The notes under the pieces: generated by a model
What the model was told of the DNA's origin: nothing
Database searches by the model: none
What the model saw: only the letters and a program-made list of their open reading frames with translations
Program-made: the position numbers and the translations under genes
Shown here: positions 27,761 through 40,366 of the stretch, piece by piece
How positions within the stretch are numbered: position 1 is the first letter of the stretch
Layout of the letters: each line of letters opens with the position of its first letter
Source: the human T2T-CHM13v2.0 reference genome, Homo sapiens
Assembly (NCBI RefSeq): GCF_009914755.1
Contig: NC_060927.1
Reading direction: 5' to 3' (one strand)
DNA length: 64,000 nt

Positions 27761-29299
27761 TCCTGTTCCCCACTGCCTTCAGAATAAGTTTTTTAAAATT
27801 GTTTTTATGATGCCATGCAAGGGAATATCCATGTGTGCCTGTTCCCACATGCCCCTTGCTCTTGAGATTATCTAGGTTCAAATCCAGAGTGACCTTGAGC
27901 AGATTACAAATAACCTCACTAACCTCAGTTTAGTCATATGCCCATTGCAAATCATACTACCCTTCCAGGGTTGTTGGGATTAGAAAAATTCTTGCACACC
28001 AGTGTTTTGCACAGACACTGGCCCATTAAAACTGCTTAACAAATGAGAGTGCAGTTTTCCAAGAAAGGCACTTAGAATTATTTTTCCCCCAAATTACATT
28101 AAAAATACAGAGGTAATATAGGGTTTTAGAAAGGTCTTGTGTGTTTTTAAACTTTACAAAACTTAGTTGATCGTATGATAAAAACAGCCTAAAAATAGCA
28201 TTTAAAATGTAGGGAAGTTTAGTTAGTAACTTTACCCAAACATTTTAATTTTAGAAAACTATATAAAAGTAAGATGTCTATCAGAGATGAGAAGAGAAAC
28301 CAAACAAACTGAAAAACAAAACAAGGAAAGAAATCCCACTCTCTCTAGCAGCCGGGAGAACTGAGAAGCCAGCACAGATCCTTTCTATCAGGCATACCGA
28401 CAAAGTAATCTCAGCTTAAAAGTTTAAAGTTTAAAAGTTTAAGGAAAAAAATAAAAAACACCTAAGCTCTGTAGGAGGAAGATGCTACATCTTGATGGCA
28501 TGATACCTACCCTCTGACCTGACATAACGATGAGGAAGGAACGATTCCACAGTGTGATTACTAGCCGGACAGGGGCTAATACGTGGTTTGAGTTCTCAGT
28601 CCTTGTCTTCGTTATGTGCTGCCAGCACTCCCACTTGTATCAGACAAGATCAAGGCAGATACAGATACTGTGCTGCAGAGAAGTCCATCTCCCCTTCAGA
28701 GAGTTGTTTTCCAAAAGGAAAACCATCATATATCAAAACAAAGGCCTTCATTTCTTTTCGGCTTTGATGCTGCTGCGGTTCTCTAATCACACTGTGTGGG
28801 GCCATGAAGAACTGTCCCAAAAAATGATTCCTGGAACAGGCATAAAACCCCTCCTGGAAATACATCTTTTCTCTTGGCTGCTTCCCCAGAATTCCCCGCA
28901 GGGAACCATCTTAAGCAGGCAGAAGGATGGATGACCGAGGTCTTCCCCCATCTCTGCCGTCCACGATCCTTGAAGCGCATCCAGAGCTGACTGTCTCCAG
29001 TCTACGAAGCCACTGCCTCCATGAAGGCCCACTCACCAGGCCCACTCAAACTCACTTCAAAAACAGGAATTTCACATTCCGGCTCAAGAGAGGGCAAAGA
29101 CTCGGACCAGCAGCTCAAAAAAGCTGCTAGAACTGCCAACACAAACAGCTTCTCAACTTCCATTATAAGAGGTTTTCATCAACGCCTGGAATCCTTTGTA
29201 TTATAGAAATAGCTTTCCACCCCAAAAGAAGCACATTAAAAAGTAGTCCCTATGGTCCCAGGAGTGCTTGAGCCAAACCAATTCATACTAGCACAAAAA

Positions 29300-29560
29300 G
29301 CCTTGCTTTGGAATCAGACACAGTGTTTATGATTCTGGCCCTGGAACCGAAATGGCTAAGTTTGAATCCTGGCTCCACTACTTAATAGCTGTATAAGAGT
29401 GGACAAGTTACTTAACTTCCCTGAGCCTTGGTTTCCCGATCTCAAAAATGGGACTGAGTAATAGCACCTACTGTCTTGGAGTTGCTATAAAAAAAAAAAA
29501 CATGAATTAAACCTTGCAGAATGCATAGGACCAGGGCTAACAGCAAATAGGTACTCGACA
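29300..29560 (+). mobile_element. MIR SINE
   Basis: Contains tttgaatcctggctccactacttaatagctgt...ggacaagttacttaacttccctgagccttggtttcc. Confidence 0.75.
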
Positions 29561-29597
29561 AAGCCTGTTCTTATTTCTGCTGCAATTATAGGAACAT

Positions 29598-29678
29598 AAT
29601 TTCCTATAGTTTCTTCCATATTCCATATAGTTTCCATATTCCATATAGTTTCTTCCAATTTCCATAGTTTCTTCCACC
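29598..29678. repeat. Degenerate minisatellite (unit approximately ttccatatagtttc)
   Basis: Four copies of atagtttc(ttc)ca separated by ttccat units. Confidence 0.7.
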
Positions 29679-31039
29679 ATGCCTTTATTTTCTTCCTGCT
29701 CTCTTAGTAGCTAGGTTTTTTTGTCTGTTTATTTGTTTCTTCTGTCTTGCTGGCTGTTGTGGAAACATGGCCTTGTTCTTCTGGAAACAAGGAGGATAGA
29801 GATACAGGCTGAAGATTTTTGTACTTTTGTCTTTTAAAAAAATTTCATTAATTATCCCTACATCCCCTAAAACTGTGTCTTCTTATTCATCATTATTGCT
29901 TCTAGCTTGGGCTACTGCCTATCTCTCCAGCACAGAGATGGTTCAGGATTAATCCTCCCAGAAGATACTCCTCGTTATGTTCATCCCAGGCTCAAAAAGT
30001 TCAAAATCTTTTATCTCAGTACTCAAGGCTTTCCTCTGTCCTGATCAGCCCTTTCTGCCCTTCTTCTCCCTACCGCAGAGTCTAAGCTACAGACAGCCCC
30101 GTTTCTTCTGAGCATGCCTTCTATCTTCCTACCTCTCTTGCCATTGCTTAGGCTCCCCATCTAGTTCTACATCTGGTAAAATCTTTTCCATTTTTCTAGT
30201 CCAGCACAAATACCACCACATTCATAGAAATTTCCCAACTCCTCTCTCCTCTGAATGTCCATGACATTCATATAGAATTTGTCACCCTGCGCCATGGGTA
30301 ATGCCTCTTTGCCAAATTTCAGATTTTCATTCCAATCTGCCTACTGGGCAGGGCTACCTAGCGATCCCAAAGCATCTAAAACACAGCCTGGCCAAGATCT
30401 CTTTGTTCTTAACTCTGGTCATATTTTCCATACTTGTTCCTACATCCTGCCACAGTTAGCCAGGGATCTCGATTATACAGGTGGGTCTCACCGAAACCAA
30501 GGAAATCTGAGAAATTGGCCTTCCCAAGAGGAAAAAGAAGAAAATTATATTCCTTCTGGGTCTCACAGAGAAGAGTACGGAAAACCCATCCTGGGTCCAA
30601 GGTGACTCTGGACCCAGGGTTGTTTTATTGTCTCATGAAGCAAGAGTTGGCTCACCTTTCACCCCCTGTTGACTTGGTTCCCCTCCATCACTGCCTTGAT
30701 GACTCACATTCCACTCCGAATGCCTTTTTTACAGCTTCAAATTACGCATAATTTCTACCTCCTTATAACTCCATTTCTTTACAACTCACATTATTTCTTC
30801 ATTCTGTAAATGTTTATTAAGTGTCTACTATTTTTGCAGGCACTGGTTGGATAAGACAGGTCCTTTCTAGATCAAAGTTCTACTCTAGACTGAAAGACAG
30901 ATATTGAACAAGCAAGTAAGAGTGTGCCCTATTTTCTAGTGGGAAACTACGTGAACTTAGACAAACCTAACTTGGGCCTGTCTAGCTCCAGTGAAGAGCA
31001 AATGATGAAAGTGACATTTAAAGTTCACTTGGCCTAGGA

Positions 31040-32280
31040 AAAAAAATAAATTTATATCCATGCTTCATACCTCACACTAAGATAAATTCCATGTGGTTCA
31101 AAGACTTAAATGCAGAAAATCAGAACATAAAAATACTAAGAGACTGTGTCCCCAGAAAATTCATCCATTGAAATCCTAACCTCCAAAGTGATCGTATGAG
31201 GAGGTGGGGCCTTTTGGGAGGTGACTAGCAATGGGATGAGTGCCTTTATAAAAGAAGTCAAAGGGAGCCTATTTGCCCCTTCCACCTTGTTCTCACACAG
31301 AGAGAAGGCTCTATCCATGAGTCAGAAAGCAGGCGCTCACCAGACACTGAATCTGTTGGTACCTTTGATCTTGGACTTTCCACTCTCCAGAACTGTGAGA
31401 AATACATTTCCACTGTTCAGAAGCTCCCCAGTTTATATTTTGTTATAGCAGCCTGAACAGACTAAGACACAAATCATAAAATTACTAAAAGAAACCACAG
31501 GACAATTGTTCTTATAGTCTTGTAGTGTGGAAGGGGCTTCTAAGTATGATACAAAATTCAGAAGACATAAAAGAGATGACTGAATACATTTGACTATGTA
31601 AAATAATTTTGTAAAGAAAACCTGCATAACAAAAACCACCATTAGCCAAATAAAAGAAAAGTGACAAATGTCAGATCAAAGACAAACGTATCATTTTCCT
31701 AATATATAAAAAGCTCTTACAAATATATAAGAAAAAGACCAATAAAAGAATATGACAAAGTATAAACACATTTAAACATGTCTATTGTCACTTGTAATAA
31801 AATAAAAGCAAATCAAAACTGCACTTAAGGGTCATTTTCCACCTACCATATTAACAAAGATAAAGTTTGAAAAGCGCATTGCACTGGCAGAGTTTATGGA
31901 AAAAGAGGCATTCTTACACATTGTTGATGGGTCTGTAAATGGTTTAGCCTCTGTAGAGGACGAGTGGTAAAATCTAGAAAAATTATAAGCATAGTACCCT
32001 AGCAATTCCACATTTAGGAATTTATCCTACAGATATATTCACATACACTTGAAATCAAGTCTATTCAAAGTTATTAATTATAGCAGACTGCATGAGAGGA
32101 AAAGACTAGAAACAACCTAAAAGTCCTTCAAAAGGAGACAGACTCAATTAAATAGTATGCAGAGGTGAAAAAGAGTAGAAAGCCTTTAGGTATAGATATG
32201 GGAAGATCTCCAAAATAGTTTGCCAAGAAAAAAAAGCCAAGGTGTAGAACAGTGTGAATTACATTATACCACTTGCACAG
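31040..32280 (+). mobile_element. Ancient L1M fragment interrupted by a MaLR LTR
   Basis: L1-like text (cacactaagataaattcc...aaagacttaaatg; agcaattccacatttaggaatttatcctacaga) continues on both sides of the LTR. Confidence 0.65.
31135..31469 (+). mobile_element. MaLR LTR (MLT1A-like) nested in L1M
   Basis: Contains tgtgtccccagaaaattcat...ggaggtggggccttttgggaggtga...ttttgttatagcagcctgaacagactaagaca. Confidence 0.85.
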
Positions 32281-34025
32281 ATATCATATTATAAATACTA
32301 CGGATCTGCTTCTGTCTCTCACGATGCTGCTTCTGGGTGTAGTGCCAGTTACATCCCAGTGCCTGGTACAGAGCAGACATACCATCACTATTTGATGAAA
32401 GCAAATAAGTTAACGAATAAAGGAGATAAATGTTTAAGGAACACACTTAAATACTTGGCCCATCCTCTAAACGCAATATCAGATCTTTTTATACATGAAT
32501 ACAGAAAGGCAGTAGCTGAATCCTGGATCTCTAGTTCCAGGAAAATTTAAAATAAGTCCTTATATAGGACAAACAAGGATTGTATGAATTAGTTTACATA
32601 TTTATATATAAAGATTACTTTTCAATAAGCATAAGTTCATTTTTCTATGTTCACTTATTCATATCCCTGGGGTCAAGGGAAGCATGCAGCAGGATTCTGT
32701 TTTCAACCTTTTCCTCAAAAATCTCTCAATGGCTTGGGAGAAAATGTCTAAAGTCTTTATTCTGGCAACTCAGGTTTTTACAACTAGAAAAGCAACGGAG
32801 GCAGCCGGCTTCTCTCTCGTATCAACTCCCTACTCTCACCTGTTACTCTTGGCATGAAAATCTTTGTCACATCCACAATCACTGCCACTTACTGAGCATC
32901 TCCTATGTGCCTTGACTGTGTTCCACGCTCAGTGTGCATCTCAACCACATGCACATGAGAGGTAAGCTATAATATAATTGTCTCCACTTTACAGATACAG
33001 AGATAGGCTTAAAGAAAGGAAGTACTGTGTCCCAAGTGCTATAGCAATGATGATGTTGTTTCTTAGGAGGTAGTCTATTTAATTTTCTACACTGAATGTT
33101 CTAACAATAGATAATGCCTTAAATAACTTGGACTGTGAATGAAATATTAATATAAACTAATAATAGGTCTGTGAGAGACAACACAAGTGAAATCCTAGAA
33201 CAGTGCTTCTTTATCTGCTTAGGAATCCCTAAAAAGCCCCTGCTTTGAGTATTTAGGTGGCAGAAGAGCACCCACACTCAGCAAGGCGATAGGACACCTA
33301 TCTGCCAATTACCCAGTGAGTGTTTCTCACCAAGGCCCATTCATCGCAGGTTATCAGAAGATTCTTCAGTTATTCATTATTATAACCAACTCATTCTCTC
33401 CACGGTAATTATCTGTGAGCAACATATCATGCTGCCCTTGGAACCATCAAACTGACATATGATTAAATAGCAGAGGGCTCTGCAGTTAAATTTAAAACCA
33501 CTCTCTTACACTTCAACTCACACATCACATCAAGATCTGTTCAGCCACGAGAATATTCCAGTTGACCAACACCAATGGCTGGTGAGAGACTATTTCGTTA
33601 CTTCATGCTCCCATGTGAGACGGGTGGTGGTTATGTTCTCAAAACTTGAAAAAGGGATTTTTCCCAGGACCTAAAGTAAAAATTTGCCAAGCAATTCTAT
33701 GTATGAAATCCTGCATTCATCCCAGGTTAAAATGTCTCAAGACTTGCTAATATTCACCATTATGTCTTCAAAATTATGGGTGGAATCTCACTAGAAATAG
33801 TACATTCCATCAAAACACTGTGAGAATCACACACTTTACACCTTTCACTGAAAAAAGTTACTTAAAAGCATAAATTATTGTACATACAGCTCCGTATATG
33901 CCAGTAAGAGAGGTACTTATATTAACATGGCTACCAATCTACAAAAATGCTGGATGAGAACGTCAATCTGCAAGCTGGAGTTAAAACATGAGTCTCACTG
34001 TTCTTGGACTGGAAAAGGAGCCACA

Positions 34026-34240
34026 CCAGGAGTTTGAGATCAGTCTGAGCAACATAGTGAGACCCCACCTCTGCAAAAAAAAAAAAAAATTCAATTAGCT
34101 GTGCATGGTGGTAGGCCTGTAGTTCTAGCTACTTGAGAGGCTGAGGAGGGAGCATCACTGGGCCCAGTAGTTCAAGGGTGCAGCAAGCTGCAATCACACC
34201 ACTGTACTCCAGTCTGGGAAACAGAGCGAGACCCTATCTC
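34026..34240 (+). mobile_element. 5'-truncated AluJ-like element followed by a T-rich tract instead of poly(A)
   Basis: End of the left arm, A-rich linker and right arm are present, followed by a T tract at 34241-34272. Confidence 0.85.
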
Positions 34241-36358
34241 TTCTTCTTTTTTTTTCTTTTTTTTTTTTTTTTAAGGAACCATAGAGGCTCTTCAAGGGAA
34301 AATTTATTCCCATCCCCAAACCCAGTCTACAATTTCTAAAACTAAAGTTCTTATGCAAAAATAATTCTATAGAACCCACTATGTTTGCACGAAGTGTAAA
34401 TTAGAAAAAAAAAAAAAAAAGCTTTTTGTCTATCCCCAATAAAATAGTTGTACCCAAAGTAAAATCAGCTGATTTCTGGGTTCTGTTTTATTTTTCACAT
34501 CTATTTAGCTTAATATTACTCTGAATCTAGAGTAAAATGAGAGAGCAGCAAATATTAAAATCATCAAAATCCTCCACAAAAAAAATGTCGAAAGCATTTG
34601 TTATACGTAACAACAATGTATTTTCCTCAGACAAACATACACAGTGCCCACTCATTTTTAAATAGGTCCCCCCAAAATGTAGACTTCACAAAGATGTGAC
34701 ACTACACAGTGTGGAAATTCCAAGCACCTTCACTCAATATGGAAGAAAGTCCAGTCACAGGATGGTTGGGTTTCTCTACAACCTGAGCTAGTATTGTGCA
34801 TAATGAAGTGATAGAATTCACATTTCATAAGAAAAGCCATATAAAGGAAATAAGATATTATTTTTCTAGAAAGTGATTTATAATAATACTAAGAAACTAT
34901 TTTTTTAAATTCCTTCCCCTTCTCAGCATTTACAGAAAAAGCTAACACATCTTGAGAGATTTACTATTTGCTGATATTCATCCATATGGTAGTACCAACC
35001 AAAAGCCAAGAGGATGAGAGAAACAGGGAAAAGAAAAGGTTTTAGAAAAAAAAAAAAGTACAGATGAATGATTAACTCTTACCGACTTGGTATCTCTTAT
35101 TCTGGGTCATGACTTATAAGGCCTACCTGGGGCCATCCTTCAATTTTGCTGTTGTTGTTTCTCCAAGGAATCTCAGACACACACTGAACTATAAAACGTT
35201 TCAACTACAGTGCCAATTGTGTTCCTTCAGTCTTCACCATTCTAGAGGGTATAGAGTGCCAGAACAGCAACTCAAGCAAAAGCTAAAGAGAAAAACAACA
35301 TGCAGCATAAAGCCCTAGTTCTATAAATCGGAGCTGGCTCAGCAAAACATTAGTCATGGCAAGTCCCACCAAGGCTAGGATCGGAAAGGTGTAAGCACCA
35401 ATCCCTGGCTACGCCTCAAGGGTTCAAAACCATTTCTAAATATAGAACCCACTTTATGTCTGCAGGAGTTATAAATCAGGGAAAACAACTTTTTTCCATC
35501 CCCAATAAAATATTTGCACCTAAAGCAAAATCAGCCGATTTCTGGCTTTCTACCAGTTTTGCTTGGGCATAAAATTTTCTGACACTTCACCAGAAATGTC
35601 AGCATTAGAATAAGGCAGCTTTAAAGAAGGATATAATTTTCTGACCTGTGGATAACCCCTTCAACCCCAACAGGAAAAAGGGGGAAAAGCACACCTGAAA
35701 CCTGGTTTTTCCAATTATTAGTATAACTGATACAAATTATTTTTCTTAGTGGCCAAATTCTTCCTTACAGGAAGTATTGGTCTCTGAATTTGGTGAGGGG
35801 AGGGATCATGTCAGTTTTACTGCTATATCCCCAACACCCAGCCAGCACAGACTCTCACTTGCAGAAGGATTTCAATGAATAGTCAAGGAAGAAGAGGAAG
35901 GAGGAGGGGGAGGAGAGGGAGAGAGAGGAAAAGAAGGAAATAGGGATTGAAAGTGAGAGAAGTTCAGATGAAGATCTTTTCCCCTCTCCTTTTATTTCTG
36001 TCTTCATTTTTCTTGAACTTACAAGCATTCGACTTGATAGAAAACCAATGACATCTTTTCTCAGGGCCTCATGTCTGAAGCCAGACATGACATCCAGTGT
36101 AGACAACTCAGCTTCCAGAAAGAGCCCCAGCAACTCTCCATGGGGACAAAGAAAAGAAAGAGTGGGGTGAGACAAACCCAATGGTTGCTCCTTTATTCAA
36201 CAGCATTAAAGAGCATGACTGCCGCCTCCCATGTGTGGCACAACACACTGTACAGAGCCCACACAGTCAGTGGGCTCAGGGAAGGCTTTAGTGGAAGAGG
36301 CAACTCCTGCCCTGGCTTTAGAGGGGCAGGATCTGTACAGGAAGAACCAGAGGCATTC

Positions 36359-36429
36359 AATCTCAGCATAAAAGGAGAGGCTGGCTGGAGAGGGGAGATA
36401 AATCTCAGAATGAAAGGAGAGGCTGGCTG
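36359..36429. repeat. Two-copy tandem repeat, 42-bp period
   Basis: aatctcagcataaaaggagaggctggctg (36359) and aatctcagaatgaaaggagaggctggctg (36401). Confidence 0.85.
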
Positions 36430-39400
36430 CACAGCTGGCAGGACAGTTTTTCCCCAAAGTGCTTCATGGAATATATTCAATGAACACCATATTCAGAAAA
36501 CCGAGGATTGAACAGAACTGCACAGGTTTCCTTACTGCAGACCTTCTCAGTGCTTTTACTATGCAACTGGAGCAGAAGTGGCAAAAGATCCCATCTGTAA
36601 ATCAAAATGGATTGATTTAGGGGGTAAAAAAACCAATGCCTTTTCTTACTAACTGTATAAATTTAGCAAAATGTTCAACTTTGATGAACACGTTTCCTCT
36701 TACCTAATATGGAAAAAAAATAATAGTCCCAACCTCAGTTGTTATGAGAAGTGAACATTAAAAAGAACACTAAAAAAAAAAGTAATTAATTCAGTGCTGG
36801 CACTTAATTAACACCAAATGTATTACTGTTGCTGCTTCTGCTCCTGTTGTTTCTATTATTATTATTGTCATGAATATAAAAAAGAAAAATGTCACACCGC
36901 ATTTCTTAAATGGTTTGGTCAGTTTTTCGTCAGGTATTTTTTGGAAATGCTGGGCCAGCACACAGTGCCTAGCCTATTACACAGTAGGCACTCACTATAT
37001 ATTTGTGGAGGGGATGGGGCAAAATACTGACCCTAGCAAAGAACAAATTGCAGGACACTAAAGGGATGCTCTGGCAAAGGTGTTTTTCATTATTTATTTG
37101 GGCAACAGACCTCTGAGGTCTGGGAGGAGTGACTTCACCTTTTGCTAGAAGAATGAGGGATTGAAAACACAGTGTTCAGCTTTGGGGAAACATCACAAAG
37201 AGTTTATTTTGGTACAAGTGTTTGAAGTGACTCTATAATAACGAGCTCACGCCTGCTGCCAGGCGCCAGCCATCAGCTTGAGCCTGCTTGCAGGGCAGTG
37301 CACGCGGTCCATCACCAACAGCCCCTTCATCAAACAGGTGATGCCCATGTGCAGGCAGGATCCCAGAAGACTTGCTCCAAAGATGGCTCCCTCTTCTCCA
37401 AGAGGGGACACTGAGGCCCAAACAAGGAATCAGCTGACCTGGGATCCAAAGTGGGCTGAAGACCGAGAGGGCCTGGGAGAAGTCTATGTCTTCTGGTTTT
37501 ACTTGGTTGATTCTCTGGCAGGACTTTGAACTGAATCCCAAAGGATACTTTTTATTTTTTTAGTCAATTGCTGCATACATTTTTGGAGATAACCTCATCT
37601 GTCATAAGTCACATGCTAATCTCACAAATAGTTACTAGAAATATAAAAGTTTCACGTAAACCCTCCCCCGAGTACAATACAGAGATCCTGACAAACCTCT
37701 CCAGCTTCCCACCTGTTTGTGTATGAAGACATTCTTGACAGACATGGAGTTTACTGGAGTGGAGACCTGAACAGATTTGGAATATGATGCTTGCATTTTA
37801 CCAAACCCAGTACTTAATATCTGTCCACCTGAATTTAAGCATGAGAGTCTACACAGAGTTTGAAGAGGAAATGAAGTCATCTGAAAAAGTAGTTGGAGGG
37901 AGAACTTCCCATGGAGTCCACAGCACACAGAAAAGTCTCAAGAGTTACTGCAGTTTCCAAACTTCAGATTAGGAGGTGGGGATGTGCAGGGCAAACCATA
38001 AACTATGGTAAGAAAGACTAGATACAATTTTTCTAAAATACATGATATGTGTATACACATACACACATATACATACATATATGCACACACATACATATGT
38101 ATCTCAACTGTATGCCATATAAAGAAAGTACATAGTCAGAGATCCTGCATTCAGTTCAATTATTACATTTTATCTTATTTTAACTGGTAAACCTGGAAGT
38201 CATTGGGAATAAAGCACAGTTAATTCTGGAAACTTGTCAAAGTTGAACAAAGCTTCTAGGACTCTAAAGACTTTTTGTTTCCAAGAGGGCAGAGCTGCCC
38301 AATTCTTCCTACACTAAAAATATAACCAGAGATGATTATTCACAATGATTGCACATTTTCATCATGTTCATTTGAGGCAACAGGTTAAATGATATTGGAA
38401 TGATATGAACCTTGATGTAACTCCTATAGTTCATCCAACTAGATTTGGCATGTGCATTTTGCCACATCCTATCAACACACCCTGCCCCTTGTCCAGAGAA
38501 CCACTGGACATCCATCACCCCTTCCAGCCCTGTCTTCTGAGAGTCAGAGTTCATGTTCATTCACCATGAAATAGGAAAAAAAAAACAAAAAAACTACCAC
38601 ACAATAAGTTCCTAGAGCATAAAAAACCACAGTAGTGTATAGGTAAAAAACTAAAGGCCCTGACAGGAAGCTTGAGGTGTGGGAGCAAAAGGGATCCCTG
38701 GATCTCAAGTGCTTCAATATTAAGAGGTACAGGTTAGGGCAGCAATGGGAAGGCAAAAGGAGGGGGATACAGGCAGGCAAGGAGAAAAGCTTGAAGCTTC
38801 ATTAAATGAGTGAATCAAAAACTTGGAGAAAAGGTTTGGATGCATGTTTCTAAGCCTTCCCCATCCCACCCTTCCCTACCGCCCATTATGATGTCTGTGT
38901 TTCTGCACACAGATGCACCAGATTTGTTCTGCTCCAGAAAGTAAATTAAGAGTCATTAAATTTGAGAATAAGAGCAGTTCTCTGGGGGCCATGCTTTTAA
39001 TCTCTGATCAGATCTCTTGGAACTTTTGAGAATGACGCTTTCCTGCACCGCGATGAAGTTCAGGCAGTTCTTGGGGGATACGCAGTGTGGTATGTGAGAG
39101 TGGCAGAGAAGTATTCAAGGACTATGAGTCACCAGGATTGGAAGCCAGCAGTGGGACAAAATCAGTAGATGAGCAGGTTTGTGTATAAAGACATGCCTTG
39201 TTTTGAAATAACTTGGTACTGTAGTCAATGGATTGGCCTGGTGGTTTGGGTGATGGGGCAGAATAAAGGGTTGCAGACCCTGTGTACAGAGAAGAAAATA
39301 ATTATCGCTTGCCTCTCAATAGAGCAACTATACTGACTGCCACATTGATGTGATGCTTTCTTTTTTTGAAGTTTAGATAGCCTCAAATCCTAGAATGAGC

Positions 39401-40260
39401 ATCCTTTAGTAAACTCATTGATTGAATGATAAAGAAATCACTACATATTACTATGTTTTATTGGAAAGAGAAGTTGTCCTTGACTTAAGGAAGAAGAAAT
39501 TATGGGCTTGGGCCTCCTACATTGGAGGAATCAAGCCTGGGATGCATTTTCAGACAAAACGCCCATTTCATTTCTTAATATTGGGGTACACACAGTCAAC
39601 AATGAATCAGGTCTTACACTTGGTTCCATATGCTATGCCCTAGGTAATTAAAGTATGCCTTATGGATAATAAAATTGAAGTTAGAAAGTTAAAACCAAAA
39701 CAATGTCAGGAAATAACATGTGTGTACAATATGTTACTAACACATTGATAATTTTCAAAAGTGACTTTTTAAACAGTATTATACATCTTTCAGAACACAG
39801 TGATTTATTAAATGAAAAGTCTGAACAGTTTGCACTGTTAAATTTAGCTTTTAAGTTGCTGTGTCATGGGCAGATATTTTGTTCTCCTAGGTTAAATTCA
39901 GCATCCTGCATTATGTTTTTATCCATGGCTCCACGTTGTATCATCCTGCAGTCAATTTTCTGAACTGCTCAGGAGAAATGCACTGGGGAGTTATCATGAA
40001 AATTTCTCTCATGGATTTTATAATCCAGAAATAGAATTAAATAATCCAACACTGACTTATCTCCATCTTTTTCCTTGCCTTTTCCCACCTATACATCCTT
40101 TTCATAAAATAAACCTTCCCAAGGCATGGAATGAAATGAGCGGGGGGAAATGCAGTGGCCAGAGGAAAACCATTTCAGAAATGTGTTTGTTAAACAAGTG
40201 CAAGCCATAAATTGAGCTTAGGAGGGAAAGGCAGTTAGAAGAAAAACTGAAATTACTGAC

Positions 40261-40272
40261 CTGAGAGTCAAG
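40261..40272 (-). CDS. ERC2: ERC2 12-nt microexon, phase 2/2; changes ELE-R-HMK to ELE-SLTL-R-HMK
   Basis: Minus strand reads ccaatcag|CTTGACTCTCAG|gtcagt, preceded by ACTAAT and an AG-free pyrimidine zone of about 130 nt. Joined to the flanking exons it gives ESLTLRHMKDQ, the sequence I recall from the ERC2 reference protein. Confidence 0.93.
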
Positions 40273-40366
40273 CTGATTGGAGCAAGGGTGAAAGCAGCAA
40301 TTTGGAGGATAAGCAGAAAGGAAAAGGGATAGCAAAAGAGAATAAAAGGAAGGAAATGCATTAGTT
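40273..40366 (-). promoter_or_regulatory. Splicing control region of the 12-nt microexon: distal branch point (ACTAAT), long polypyrimidine tract and UGC cluster
   Basis: ACTAAT lies at 40360-40365. There are six TGC triplets in about 90 nt and no AG between 40275 and about 40408 on the minus strand. Confidence 0.7.

Noticed and set aside
35886-35960. Long purine tracts (also at about 55390-55480), pyrimidine-rich on the gene strand
   Set aside because: These are low-complexity sequences with no properly placed AG and donor pair, so they are not microexon signals.
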